From Candidatus Zambryskibacteria bacterium RIFCSPLOWO2_02_FULL_51_21 (GTDB lineage: Bacteria > Patescibacteriota > Minisyncoccia > Phycocordibacterales > Zambryskibacteraceae), in contig MHWQ01000002.1 in NCBI GenBank assembly GCA_001824255.1, forward strand, positions 1 through 55,297: a stretch of DNA of 55,297 bases. The letters are read 5' to 3'. The notes beneath the pieces are model-generated. The model was given only the letters and a program-made list of their open reading frames with translations. It was not told where the DNA came from and did no database searches. The first letter of the stretch is position 1, and the number at the start of each line of letters is the position of its first letter. Of the stretch, positions 8,150 through 16,981 are shown piece after piece. A program made the position numbers and the translations under genes.

Positions 8150-9011
8150 CCCAGTTCTGGGCTTTTTCCACCGCTGGCTCGAAGAGTTTGCCAAGCATTA
8201 TGAAAGTATTATAGTGATTTGCCTTGAGAAGGGCGCTTATGACTTGCCTAATAATGTAAAAGTTTTATCTCTGGGCAAGGAGGACGACGGCTCGAGGTCG
8301 GAATACATTTTAAAGTTTTACAAATACATCTGGGAAGAAAGAGAGAATTACGACGCCGTATTCGTGCATATGAATCAGGAATACGTGATTCTCGCCGGCG
8401 ACTTGTGGCGACTTCTGGGCAAAAAGATTTATCTCTGGCGGAATCATGCCAAAGGCAATATCCTCACCGACCTGGCGGTATTGCTCTCGCACAAAGTATT
8501 TTGCACCTCGCCCTCCTCTTACACGGCGAAGTTTAAAAAGACGGTGCTTATGCCAGCGGGCATTGATACGGACTTCTTCCGGCCCGACCCGAGGGCAGAC
8601 AGAGTATCGGGCTCGATACTCTGTCTAGGCCGCCTTGCGCCGGTGAAAAAGGTTCTGGAATTCGTCGACTGGCTCAAGGATAGGGACTTCAAGACAGCCA
8701 CTATCGCCGGCGGAGCGCTGCCCCAGGATGTCCAATATGAGAAGGATGTCAGAGACAGGGTCGCCGAATACGGTCTGGGGAATAAAGTGAAGTTCGTTGG
8801 CCCTGTCACGCAGAGCGAAGCCAAGACGCTTTATCAGACGCATGAGACTTACGTGAACTTCACTCCCGCCGGCAGCTTCGACAAGACCATTATCGAAGCG
8901 GCGGCCTGCGGCGCGAAGCTTGTGGTCGAGAACCCCGATTTGCAAGACGTGAACCCGGCAGAACACAGCATGAAGAAGCTGATGGAGAGACTCGCGAAGG
9001 AATTAAATTAA
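8109..9011 (+). CDS. Glycosyltransferase (GT-B, GT4/GT1-like)
   Basis: MKLLVITQKVDKNDPVLGFFHRW N-terminus. The C-terminal half has the GT-B nucleotide-sugar binding pattern (GRLAPVKK...FVG...IIEAAACGAKLV). It is the first gene of the glycan locus. Confidence 0.65.
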   Translation: MKLLVITQKVDKNDPVLGFFHRWLEEFAKHYESIIVICLEKGAYDLPNNVKVLSLGKEDDGSRSEYILKFYKYIWEERENYDAVFVHMNQEYVILAGDLWRLLGKKIYLWRNHAKGNILTDLAVLLSHKVFCTSPSSYTAKFKKTVLMPAGIDTDFFRPDPRADRVSGSILCLGRLAPVKKVLEFVDWLKDRDFKTATIAGGALPQDVQYEKDVRDRVAEYGLGNKVKFVGPVTQSEAKTLYQTHETYVNFTPAGSFDKTIIEAAACGAKLVVENPDLQDVNPAEHSMKKLMERLAKELN

Positions 9012-9733
9012 TGAACAATATCCTATTTAGAATAATGCTTCTCGCGCATCGCCTGGTGAAAGGGATAGCCAATAGAATTTTGGATAAACGTGTCATAAGG
9101 CCCAGAAACTTCTCCAATGAGATGATTAGGCGCTATGCGCCGTTTTTTGAAGGTTCGGCCATAAATATTTCTGGCTGGAGAGATGAAGACGGCGAAGGAA
9201 ACAAATATAAGTCTTATTTTCCCAATGTTAAAAGCTATAGCGTCTCGAATGTTTCTAATCAAAGGAAAGGCCTCGGTTCGGCGGGGAAGGAATACAAAGA
9301 GATTGAGATTGACCTAACAAAAGATTTGCCTCACGAATTTTTTCAATCTTTCGACCTTGTTTTGAATCATACGACTCTGGAACATATCTACGATTTCAAG
9401 AAAGCTTTTAAGAATATTTGTGACTTGAGCAGGGATGTGGTCATTATCATCGTGCCGGTCATGCAGCAAATCCATCAGACCAAAGATTTCGGCGATTACT
9501 GGCGTCCTACCACCATGACTGTCGCCAAGATGTTTAGAGAGAACGGCTTAGAACCGCTGGTAATAAAATGCAATGACCAGCCCTTCGCTCCAGTCTATTG
9601 CTTCGGAATCGCTTCCAGAAATCCCATAAAATACGAAAAGATGTTCAAAAAAGACCTGGACTTCCAAATGGGCGCTCATAATTACGGCTCGAGCCTGGAT
9701 AAGAACGGCCTGCTTACGGTTTTAGACAAATAA
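9011..9733 (+). CDS. Putative class I SAM-dependent methyltransferase-like protein
   Basis: DLVLNHTTLEHIYDFKKAFKNICDLSRDVVIIIVP resembles the post-motif-II region of Methyltransf_11-type enzymes. The glycine-rich SAM loop is not obvious, so the call is weak. Confidence 0.45.
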   Translation: MNNILFRIMLLAHRLVKGIANRILDKRVIRPRNFSNEMIRRYAPFFEGSAINISGWRDEDGEGNKYKSYFPNVKSYSVSNVSNQRKGLGSAGKEYKEIEIDLTKDLPHEFFQSFDLVLNHTTLEHIYDFKKAFKNICDLSRDVVIIIVPVMQQIHQTKDFGDYWRPTTMTVAKMFRENGLEPLVIKCNDQPFAPVYCFGIASRNPIKYEKMFKKDLDFQMGAHNYGSSLDKNGLLTVLDK

Positions 9734-10776
9734 TGAAATTTATTTACCTGACATCTCACAAATATCCTTCGAACAAGGTTGAGCCGTTTTTCATAAAATC
9801 CATGGCCTCCGCGTTCGAGAAACTTCTGAGGGATGATTTCACTTTCCTTACGAGAGGGAAATTGCCGTACCGCTTCCGCTCCGTTTCTTATTTCTTTTAT
9901 CTCCCGGCGCTAATATTAAAAAACGGATGGACAAAAAGAGAAATTATTTTCTTCTCCTCCGACCCGTATTTGCTCGCGATTCTGATTTTTTGGAAGAAAG
10001 TCTTCTTTCTCAAATATCGGCTGGTTTCCGACTGGCACCAGCTCTTTGGAGATTGGAGAGATGAATTTGTAGCCAGAAACAGTGATTTTCTCATCACCAC
10101 GTCCAAGAAATTGAAGAGTCTTTTAGCATCGAGAACCGGGGCAGACCCGGCAAAAATTTTTGTTGCTTACGGAGGAGTAGACCTCTCTCTTTTTGCGCAA
10201 AAAAGAACTTTGGGCAAGCTTGATTACAGAAAAATTCTTAATCTCCCCACAGACGATTTCCTCACCGGCTACGTAGGCGGCTTTAGAAGTGTCGGGCTTG
10301 AGAAAGGCATTGATACTATGATAAGGTCGCTCCAACTTCTGGAGAATGGGTCAAAAATGGTCTTTGTCGGCGGTTCAAAAGAACTCATAGGAGAATACGA
10401 GAATTTAGCGGAGAAGCTCGGAGTGCTCCAAAGATGCATATTTGTAGAAAAACAGAAGTTTGAAAAGGTCATAGAGTACGAGCTTGCCATGGACGTTCTC
10501 GTCATCCCTTATCCCGACAGGCCGCACTTCCGCGATTACGGCTTCCCGATGAAGATTTGGGAGTATATGGCAGCCGGAAGACCTATTATTTATTCTAATC
10601 TCCCGATTATTGCTGAGGTTCTCGGGGGGAAAGCGGTGGCATTTGAGCCTGATAACCCCAACTCTCTTGCAGATGCTATACTCTCGGTACGAGATGGTAA
10701 ATTTGAGCCGGCCGGAGAACCCTACACGTGGCAAAATAGGGCTAAAAATATACTTAATTTCATATGTGCGGAATAA
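9733..10776 (+). CDS. Glycosyltransferase family 4
   Basis: GYVGGFRSVGLEKGIDT...MVFVGG... and the EX7E-type end FPMKIWEYMAAGRPIIYSNLPIIAEVLG. Confidence 0.75.
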   Translation: MKFIYLTSHKYPSNKVEPFFIKSMASAFEKLLRDDFTFLTRGKLPYRFRSVSYFFYLPALILKNGWTKREIIFFSSDPYLLAILIFWKKVFFLKYRLVSDWHQLFGDWRDEFVARNSDFLITTSKKLKSLLASRTGADPAKIFVAYGGVDLSLFAQKRTLGKLDYRKILNLPTDDFLTGYVGGFRSVGLEKGIDTMIRSLQLLENGSKMVFVGGSKELIGEYENLAEKLGVLQRCIFVEKQKFEKVIEYELAMDVLVIPYPDRPHFRDYGFPMKIWEYMAAGRPIIYSNLPIIAEVLGGKAVAFEPDNPNSLADAILSVRDGKFEPAGEPYTWQNRAKNILNFICAE

Positions 10777-12518
10777 GCGGCTTTAATTGGAATGATGAGA
10801 AGAAAATCAAGGAAATGGTTTCCTGCCTTGCTTACCGCGGGCCGGACGCCCAAGGCGTTTTCTTAGATGAAGGAATCTCTCTCGGTCACGCTCGCTTGAG
10901 CGTCATTGACCTTTCTCCCGATGCCAATCAGCCGATGTCCGATAATAACGGGGAACTTATCATCGTCTTTAACGGAGAAATTTACAATTTCCACGAGCTT
11001 AAAGAAGAGCTCCAAGGCGAGTATCAGTTTAAGACCAAGAGCGATACGGAAGTGATTCTCGCCGGCTATAGAAAATGGGGGAGAAATATGGCTGAACATT
11101 TAAACGGCATGTTCGCCTTCGCTATTTATGACAAACGGGATAAATCTCTCTTTTGCGCTCGGGACCACCTGGGCATGAAGCCCTTTTACTACTTCTGGGA
11201 CGGCACAAGATTTATTTTTGCCTCGGAAATTCCAGCGATTCTTGCCCATGACGTGCCGAGAGTTTTGGACAAAGAGGCTTTCAATCATTACTTTCGGGTG
11301 CTCTTTGTCCCGGAACCCATGACTCTGCTGAAAGACGTTTATAAGCTTCCGGCGTCTCACACCCTCATTCTTAAGGACGGCAAGATTACGGTCGAATCTT
11401 ATGGAGAAAAAGAATTCCCCCGAACCATTCTTTCCTATGAAGAATCCGCGAAACTTCTTAAGGAAAAGGTAATCAAGGCGGTCGAAAGGCATCTTGTGTC
11501 CGATGTGCCGGTAGGCGTTTATCTCTCCGGCGGCATTGACTCGAGCATCGTGCTTGCCGCCGCTTCGCGCTTCCACAAACGCATCAAGACGTTTACCGTT
11601 GGGTTTACTCTTGAGGATAAGGGCGAGAGCCATAAGTTCAACGCCGACTTCGACCTGGCCGCGAGAACGGCAAAATTCTTCAACACCGAGCATCACACCA
11701 TCACTATTTCCGTAAAAGACGCTCTCAACGCCATGGAGGAAGTGGCTCTGCATAACAGCGACCCGGTTTCCAATCCGACTTCGATTGCCATGTTTCTTCT
11801 GGCCCGTTTCGCCAGGAAAGAGGTGACGGTCGCTCTTACCGGCAATGCCGGCGATGAGCTCTTCGGCGGTTACGGTCGGTACAGAATCGCTTTGGCGGCG
11901 AGGTATCTTTACACCAAGCCAAACCTTTTTGCCAAATTTATGTTTGAGAAAGACGGGAAACTTTCCAGGATAATTTCCCAAGAAATGTTTTTGCCGGGTT
12001 CGATGATAAAAAGCCGCTACAAGAAGTATTTGCGCGGCCGCGACGCGGCGGAAGCTCTTATGAGCGCCGACAGACTCTCCTGGCTTCCGGAACACTTCTT
12101 CATGCTCTCGGACAAAATGTCCATGGCGAGTGCTCTGGAGGAAAGGATGCCCTTGGGAGATAAGGAACTCGTTGCATTCTCCCAAACTTTGCCCAGAAAT
12201 TATAAAGTCGATTTGCGTAAGACTAAGAAAATTTTGAAGTACGCGTTCAAGGATGACCTGCCGGAATTCCTTTTCGACCAGCCGAAACGCGGCTGGTTCT
12301 CGCCCGCGGCCAAGTGGTTCAGGAACAAAGAGTTCGCCGACTTTGCCAGAGAAATTCTGTCGGAAAGCTATTGTGCCGGGAGCGGGAAACTTTTCAATTG
12401 GCAGGAGCTGCGCGGGATGCTTGAAAGACACATTAATAAAGAAGAATATAATCTTACTTCCCTTTGGGCGGTTCTGACTTTCCAAATGTGGGCCAAGAAA
12501 TTCAAGGTAGAAATATGA
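10764..12518 (+). CDS. asnB: Asparagine synthase (glutamine-hydrolysing) family amidotransferase
   Basis: MCGISGF N-terminal nucleophile Cys. PP-loop YLSGGIDSSIV. 584 aa, a typical length. In this glycan-locus context it is likely a sugar-carboxylate amidotransferase rather than a housekeeping AsnB. Confidence 0.9.
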   Translation: MCGISGFNWNDEKKIKEMVSCLAYRGPDAQGVFLDEGISLGHARLSVIDLSPDANQPMSDNNGELIIVFNGEIYNFHELKEELQGEYQFKTKSDTEVILAGYRKWGRNMAEHLNGMFAFAIYDKRDKSLFCARDHLGMKPFYYFWDGTRFIFASEIPAILAHDVPRVLDKEAFNHYFRVLFVPEPMTLLKDVYKLPASHTLILKDGKITVESYGEKEFPRTILSYEESAKLLKEKVIKAVERHLVSDVPVGVYLSGGIDSSIVLAAASRFHKRIKTFTVGFTLEDKGESHKFNADFDLAARTAKFFNTEHHTITISVKDALNAMEEVALHNSDPVSNPTSIAMFLLARFARKEVTVALTGNAGDELFGGYGRYRIALAARYLYTKPNLFAKFMFEKDGKLSRIISQEMFLPGSMIKSRYKKYLRGRDAAEALMSADRLSWLPEHFFMLSDKMSMASALEERMPLGDKELVAFSQTLPRNYKVDLRKTKKILKYAFKDDLPEFLFDQPKRGWFSPAAKWFRNKEFADFAREILSESYCAGSGKLFNWQELRGMLERHINKEEYNLTSLWAVLTFQMWAKKFKVEI

Positions 12519-13552
12519 ACAAGCTTTATTACATCGCCAATGCCCGCATCCCCACCGAGAGGGCCCACGGCATCCAGATTATGAAGATGTGTGAAGCTTT
12601 CGCCGAATACACGGATGTCGAGCTTGTGGTTACCGACCGGGCTTCAAAAACCAAAGAAGACCCATTTTCATACTACGGCGTAAAAAACAGCTTTCGCATC
12701 AAAAAACTATGGTGTCTGGACGCGGTAAGATTCGGCAAGGTCGGTTTCCGTATCGAAACTTTAAGCTTCGCGGTAAGCGCGTTGCCTTATCTCCTGTTTA
12801 AGAAAGGGGTTTTCTACACCAGAGACGAGTTTATGGCTTTTTTCCTCAAACTTCTGGGGAAGAAGGTCGTCTGGGAAGTGCATATGGGCCAGAAAAATTT
12901 ATTGGCCAGACTCATTGTCAGGATGGGGGCGCCTCTGGTCACGATTTCCAGGGGGCTTAGGGATTTGTATCCTTCGGCCAGCAAAATCCTCGTGGCTCCG
13001 GACGCCGTTGACATTGAAAAATTCGATACAGATATGAGTAAAGAAGAGGCGAGAAAGATCCTGGGCCTGGATACAAACGATAAGTTGGCCGTCTATACCG
13101 GCAGTCGCTTGTCTTGGAAGGGGGTGGGAACGCTTGAAGAAGCGTCGAAAATTTTAGGGGAGGTAAAAGTTTTAATCGTTACCGGCAAGCCGCACAAAGA
13201 AATTCCGCTTTACCTTAAGGCCGCGGATGTTCTGGTGATTCCCAACAGCGCTAGAGAAGATATTTCCAGACTCTATACCTCGCCCATGAAACTCTTCGAA
13301 TATATGGCGAGCGGCCGGCCGATCGTGGCGTCCGATGTTCCTTCTATCAAAGAGATCGTCGATGAATCCATGGTGTATTTCTTTGTTGCAGACAATCCGC
13401 GAAGCTTGAAGTCTGTTATTGAAGATGCGTTATCGGATGAGGTTGGTTCTACAGGAAGAGCGCAAAAAGCTCTGGAGAAAGTGAGGAGCTATACTTGGGA
13501 GAAAAGAGCGGAGAAGATTTTAAACCACATCCATGATTGGTACTCTCGATAA
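12515..13552 (+). CDS. Glycosyltransferase family 4
   Basis: I chose the start at ATG 12515 (MNKLYYIANARIPTERAHGIQIMKM), which gives an ATGA overlap with the asnB stop; the track's 12464 start would add 17 aa inside asnB. EX7E-like SPMKLFEYMASGRPIVASDVPSIKEIVDE. Confidence 0.75.
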   Translation: MNKLYYIANARIPTERAHGIQIMKMCEAFAEYTDVELVVTDRASKTKEDPFSYYGVKNSFRIKKLWCLDAVRFGKVGFRIETLSFAVSALPYLLFKKGVFYTRDEFMAFFLKLLGKKVVWEVHMGQKNLLARLIVRMGAPLVTISRGLRDLYPSASKILVAPDAVDIEKFDTDMSKEEARKILGLDTNDKLAVYTGSRLSWKGVGTLEEASKILGEVKVLIVTGKPHKEIPLYLKAADVLVIPNSAREDISRLYTSPMKLFEYMASGRPIVASDVPSIKEIVDESMVYFFVADNPRSLKSVIEDALSDEVGSTGRAQKALEKVRSYTWEKRAEKILNHIHDWYSR

Positions 13553-15773
13553 AGCCAAACTCAAGGAACGTTACGACATCTGCATCGTCGGTTCAGGCCC
13601 TTCCGGCATGACACTTGCGGCGGAACTTGCTTACTCCGGCCTTAAAATTGCCATGATTGAGAGCGGGAGCTTCAAGAGAAGTTCTCTAGCCGAAGAGTTG
13701 AAGGAAGTACAGAGTGAAAAGTTGCCTATCAAGGCTAATTCAAGAGAAAGAGTGGTAGGGGGAGCTAGCAGCACCTGGGGCGGTCTGTCTGCCTTGCTTG
13801 ACCCTGCCGATTTAGCGCATTGGCCATTGAGTTTTGATGAACTGCTTCCTTATCTCAAGGCCGCCGCTAAATATCACTTCCCTTCCTTGGAGACATTCCA
13901 AAATCCTTCCGGGACGGGATGGAAATTTAAAAATCTCGCAGACAAGCTCTTTGTTGCGGTGCGGCCACCTTTTAATTTCACTTCCCTGGTGAACATTTTT
14001 AATAGAAAAGGGGTCGATTTGTATACCGAAGCAACGGTCGCGAAGCTTGTTTCTCAAAATGGTCGGATAAAGAAAGTTCTGTGCCGGTCTGTCGATGGTC
14101 AAGGTTTTGAAGTCTCGGCTGAGATATTTATCCTGGCCTGCGGAGGTATTGAAAACTCGCGTCTTCTCCTGGTTTCTGGCTTAGGCAATGAATACGACCA
14201 GGTCGGGAGATACTTCATGAATCATCCAAAGGGATATGCCGGCAGGCTCCATCTCTCCAAACCCCTGCCAGTTAATAATTATTATCTACCGCGAGTAGTA
14301 GGGGGTCGGATGGTGTACGCCGGTCTTCGCTTGGAAGAAGAGCTCCAGAAAGAAAAGGGGCTCTTAAACGCCTGCGTTCAGTTTGAGCCAGATCTTGGCA
14401 TTTTCCAGAAATACGCTTTTGCCATTTGGCGGCGTATGCCCGGTTTCTCGACCAAAGTTTTGACTATTTTTCTCCCACGTACTCTGCGCGCGCGCTGGTT
14501 TGCCGACATGGAGCCTCGGGCCGAGAACAGGGTCATCCTGAGTGATAAGCTAGACCGCTTCGGCTCGCCTCTCCCCAAGGTGGTATATGACTTATCGGAG
14601 CGTGATAAGGCCACTCTGGAAGAACTCTTTTCCCAACTTAGGTCAGGTGTCGAGCGGTTGGAGCTCGGCAAACTTACAGGTACGGCCGCGGATGTGCTCA
14701 AGGTGGTAAAGGACGATGCCAGCCACCACCTTGGCGGAACGCGCATGGGACTTTCTCCACAGGAATCAGTGGTGAATACAGAATGCAGAGTCCATTCGTC
14801 AGAGAATCTCTACGTTGTGGGCGGGTCAGTTTTCCCATCAGCCGGTTGCGCGAGCCCAACTATGACTATGGTTGCTCTCTCAATAAGGCTAGCTGAGCAC
14901 GTTAAATCCAAATTAGCGTCTAAGCCCCGCCGGACTTTTAAGAACCAAACTTCCCGAACTTCTTCCCAGAAAATTTTGATTATTGGGGCAGGCAACAGGG
15001 TCAGGGGCGATGTCTTGCCAGTATTAGAGTCTCTGCCGGGGTTTGAAATTACAGGTATATTTGCCCGCCATGCTTCAAGTCTGTTTGGAGCTCATCGAAG
15101 TTACGATGTGCGAACCATGGAGTCATTGTCCGTAGAAAATTTAAAGGGCGCCCGCTTCTTGTATGTGTCAGTGCCAAGAGAAACTCTCGCTCAGGTGCTT
15201 AGCGATTTACCAGGAGCTTCATCTCTGGAAGTTATTATTGATACTCCAGTGCTGCCCGCTGTTAAAAAATACGCTCACAAGTTCAAGCGTATTCACGTGG
15301 CCGAAGACAGTGTCTTCCTACCCTGGCTCGACGGCTTGAAAGGTCGCGAGGTTAAAGAGATTGAGTGCTCGCAGTCCGTTTTCCGCTACCATGGCATGGC
15401 TCTGGTAAAAGCATTTGGGCCTATCAATTACGGTTATCGTCTGGGGAACAAACTTTACCTCAAGGCTGGCAACACTAAGGTCAAGATAATCGAACCTCGG
15501 GATTATGCTTCCGGCAAGCTCAAGATAGACGGTCAAGAACCAGATTTAACGGCTATTATCGCCGAGTTGATTCCAGAAGAGAGGGGATTGTTGGGGGAGA
15601 TAAAGTCTACCGATACAATTGTTTCTAAGATGGGAGAACTTAAGAGAGTTGGGTTGCGACGGCTCCTCTTGGCCGCCAGTCGAGGAGAGGAGACTTGGAG
15701 CTTGGAAGAAGGCTTAAATGATGTCAGGATAGACTGGCTACTGCATAAAGTTTGGATTTACCTCTCAATATGA
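13533..15773 (+). CDS. GMC-family FAD oxidoreductase fused to a C-terminal Rossmann (Gfo/Idh/MocA-like) domain
   Basis: FAD-binding motif DICIVGSGPSGMTLAAELA. GMC C-terminal signature ASHHLGGTRMG...VVGGSVFPSAG. After a basic linker (aa ~470) comes ILIIGAGNRVRGDVLPVLESLPGFEITGIF, a second dinucleotide-binding fold. Confidence 0.75.
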   Translation: MIGTLDKAKLKERYDICIVGSGPSGMTLAAELAYSGLKIAMIESGSFKRSSLAEELKEVQSEKLPIKANSRERVVGGASSTWGGLSALLDPADLAHWPLSFDELLPYLKAAAKYHFPSLETFQNPSGTGWKFKNLADKLFVAVRPPFNFTSLVNIFNRKGVDLYTEATVAKLVSQNGRIKKVLCRSVDGQGFEVSAEIFILACGGIENSRLLLVSGLGNEYDQVGRYFMNHPKGYAGRLHLSKPLPVNNYYLPRVVGGRMVYAGLRLEEELQKEKGLLNACVQFEPDLGIFQKYAFAIWRRMPGFSTKVLTIFLPRTLRARWFADMEPRAENRVILSDKLDRFGSPLPKVVYDLSERDKATLEELFSQLRSGVERLELGKLTGTAADVLKVVKDDASHHLGGTRMGLSPQESVVNTECRVHSSENLYVVGGSVFPSAGCASPTMTMVALSIRLAEHVKSKLASKPRRTFKNQTSRTSSQKILIIGAGNRVRGDVLPVLESLPGFEITGIFARHASSLFGAHRSYDVRTMESLSVENLKGARFLYVSVPRETLAQVLSDLPGASSLEVIIDTPVLPAVKKYAHKFKRIHVAEDSVFLPWLDGLKGREVKEIECSQSVFRYHGMALVKAFGPINYGYRLGNKLYLKAGNTKVKIIEPRDYASGKLKIDGQEPDLTAIIAELIPEERGLLGEIKSTDTIVSKMGELKRVGLRRLLLAASRGEETWSLEEGLNDVRIDWLLHKVWIYLSI

Positions 15774-16885
15774 AATCTTTAGAAAACTTATTACTGCTCG
15801 TTCTCTGCCTGCTGTATCTTCCTTTCCGAGGCTCTGCCAGACGAGAAATCAAATATCCTAAAAGGGTTTGCATCATTCAGTCCGCTCAGTTCGGTGACAT
15901 GATATGCACGACACCGGTTTTCCGAGCGATTAAAGAAGCGTACCCGGATTCTAAAGTGTATGTGGTAGGCAAGGCCATCAACAGGGAGGTATTAAGGAAT
16001 AATCCTGATGTGGAGGATTTTATTGTCTGGAAAGAAAAACCATTTGAAACTATAAAAGAAATTCGTAAACTCAGATGCGATTTCGGCGCTTCTACTGGCC
16101 CGAACTTTGTCGGCTTGGCGATACTATTTCTATCCGGAGTGAAAAGCATTGCCGCGGCCGAAATCAAAGAAGGAAGCTCGCCGCTCGAGACTCGTCCATA
16201 CAAAATCTTGAGGAATGTTGCTCATGTCGTTCCACATATAATCACTGCGTATCCGCCAAAGGAATACTTGAAGCTGCTTCGGCCAATCGGCATCACAAGC
16301 ACCGATACCACGAAGCACGTCTATTATTCACTTGAGGCCAAGAAGAGCGCGGAAGAGAAAATTCTCACCTCTCCAATTGGCAACAGGAAATTTGCCATCG
16401 TCGTGCCCGGTGCCGGGCATTATGCCAAACGCTGGCTTCCGGAGCGTTTCGCGTCTGTGGCGCGCCACGTGGCTTCGACATATATGCCGGTCGCGGTTAT
16501 TGGCGGCGAGAGAGACAGGGAAGATGTCGCGGAGATGATGAAGAACGTGAATCATCCGGATATCGTGAATTTCGCCGAAGCACTTTCTATCGATGAGCTC
16601 AAAACATTTATAAGTCTCAGCTCCCTTTTTGTGAGTCTTGATACCGGCCCTCTATTTATCGCAGAAGCGTTTGGGGTTCCGACTGTCTGTATTATCGGCC
16701 CGGTGGACGGTGTTCAGCCTCCTCGAGGGCCTAAGAATATTCTTATCTTTCCGCGTCGAGACAGGCCTGCTGCTCTGGCAATGTTTAATACCATACGTTT
16801 CGATATTGAAGAGGCTAAGCGACAGTCCAAGGCTACTCAGGTAAGCGAAGTTATAGATGCGGTTGACAGGCTCATGGCCGGATAA
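15770..16885 (+). CDS. Glycosyltransferase family 9 (heptosyltransferase-like)
   Basis: CIIQSAQFGDMICTTPVFRAIKEAYPDSKVYVVG and PGAGHYAKRWLPERFASVARHV...VAVIGGERDRE are GT9 patterns. I chose the start at ATG 15770 (ATGA overlap with the upstream stop) over the track's 15752. Confidence 0.7.
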   Translation: MKSLENLLLLVLCLLYLPFRGSARREIKYPKRVCIIQSAQFGDMICTTPVFRAIKEAYPDSKVYVVGKAINREVLRNNPDVEDFIVWKEKPFETIKEIRKLRCDFGASTGPNFVGLAILFLSGVKSIAAAEIKEGSSPLETRPYKILRNVAHVVPHIITAYPPKEYLKLLRPIGITSTDTTKHVYYSLEAKKSAEEKILTSPIGNRKFAIVVPGAGHYAKRWLPERFASVARHVASTYMPVAVIGGERDREDVAEMMKNVNHPDIVNFAEALSIDELKTFISLSSLFVSLDTGPLFIAEAFGVPTVCIIGPVDGVQPPRGPKNILIFPRRDRPAALAMFNTIRFDIEEAKRQSKATQVSEVIDAVDRLMAG

Positions 16886-16965
16886 GGACTTCGTTGCTCC
16901 ATTAAAGTTATCTCTGTATGATGATCTTGGACGTTCTTGCGCGTCTATAACTGACGCCAACACCT

Positions 16966-16971
16966 AAGGAG
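16966..16971 (+). promoter_or_regulatory. Shine-Dalgarno AAGGAG for the radical-SAM gene
   Basis: AAGGAG lies 10 nt upstream of ATG 16982. This is one of the few strong SD sequences in the window. Confidence 0.6.
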
Positions 16972-16981
16972 AGTTAAGCTT

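Noticed and set aside
11100-12485. A 461-aa ORF on the minus strand
   Set aside because: It lies entirely antisense to the asnB gene, whose motifs are unambiguous (MCGISGF, SGGIDSS). The translated sequence is low-information, rich in Arg, Gly and Phe, with no recognisable motif. It is a shadow ORF.
12464-12514. An upstream extension of the GT4 gene (track start at 12464), and likewise the long form of the FkbM gene (to 19545) and the 15752 start of the GT9 gene
   Set aside because: The extensions add non-conserved residues inside neighbouring genes. Downstream ATGs give ATGA coupling or remove a divergent-gene overlap, and they begin with family-typical N-termini.
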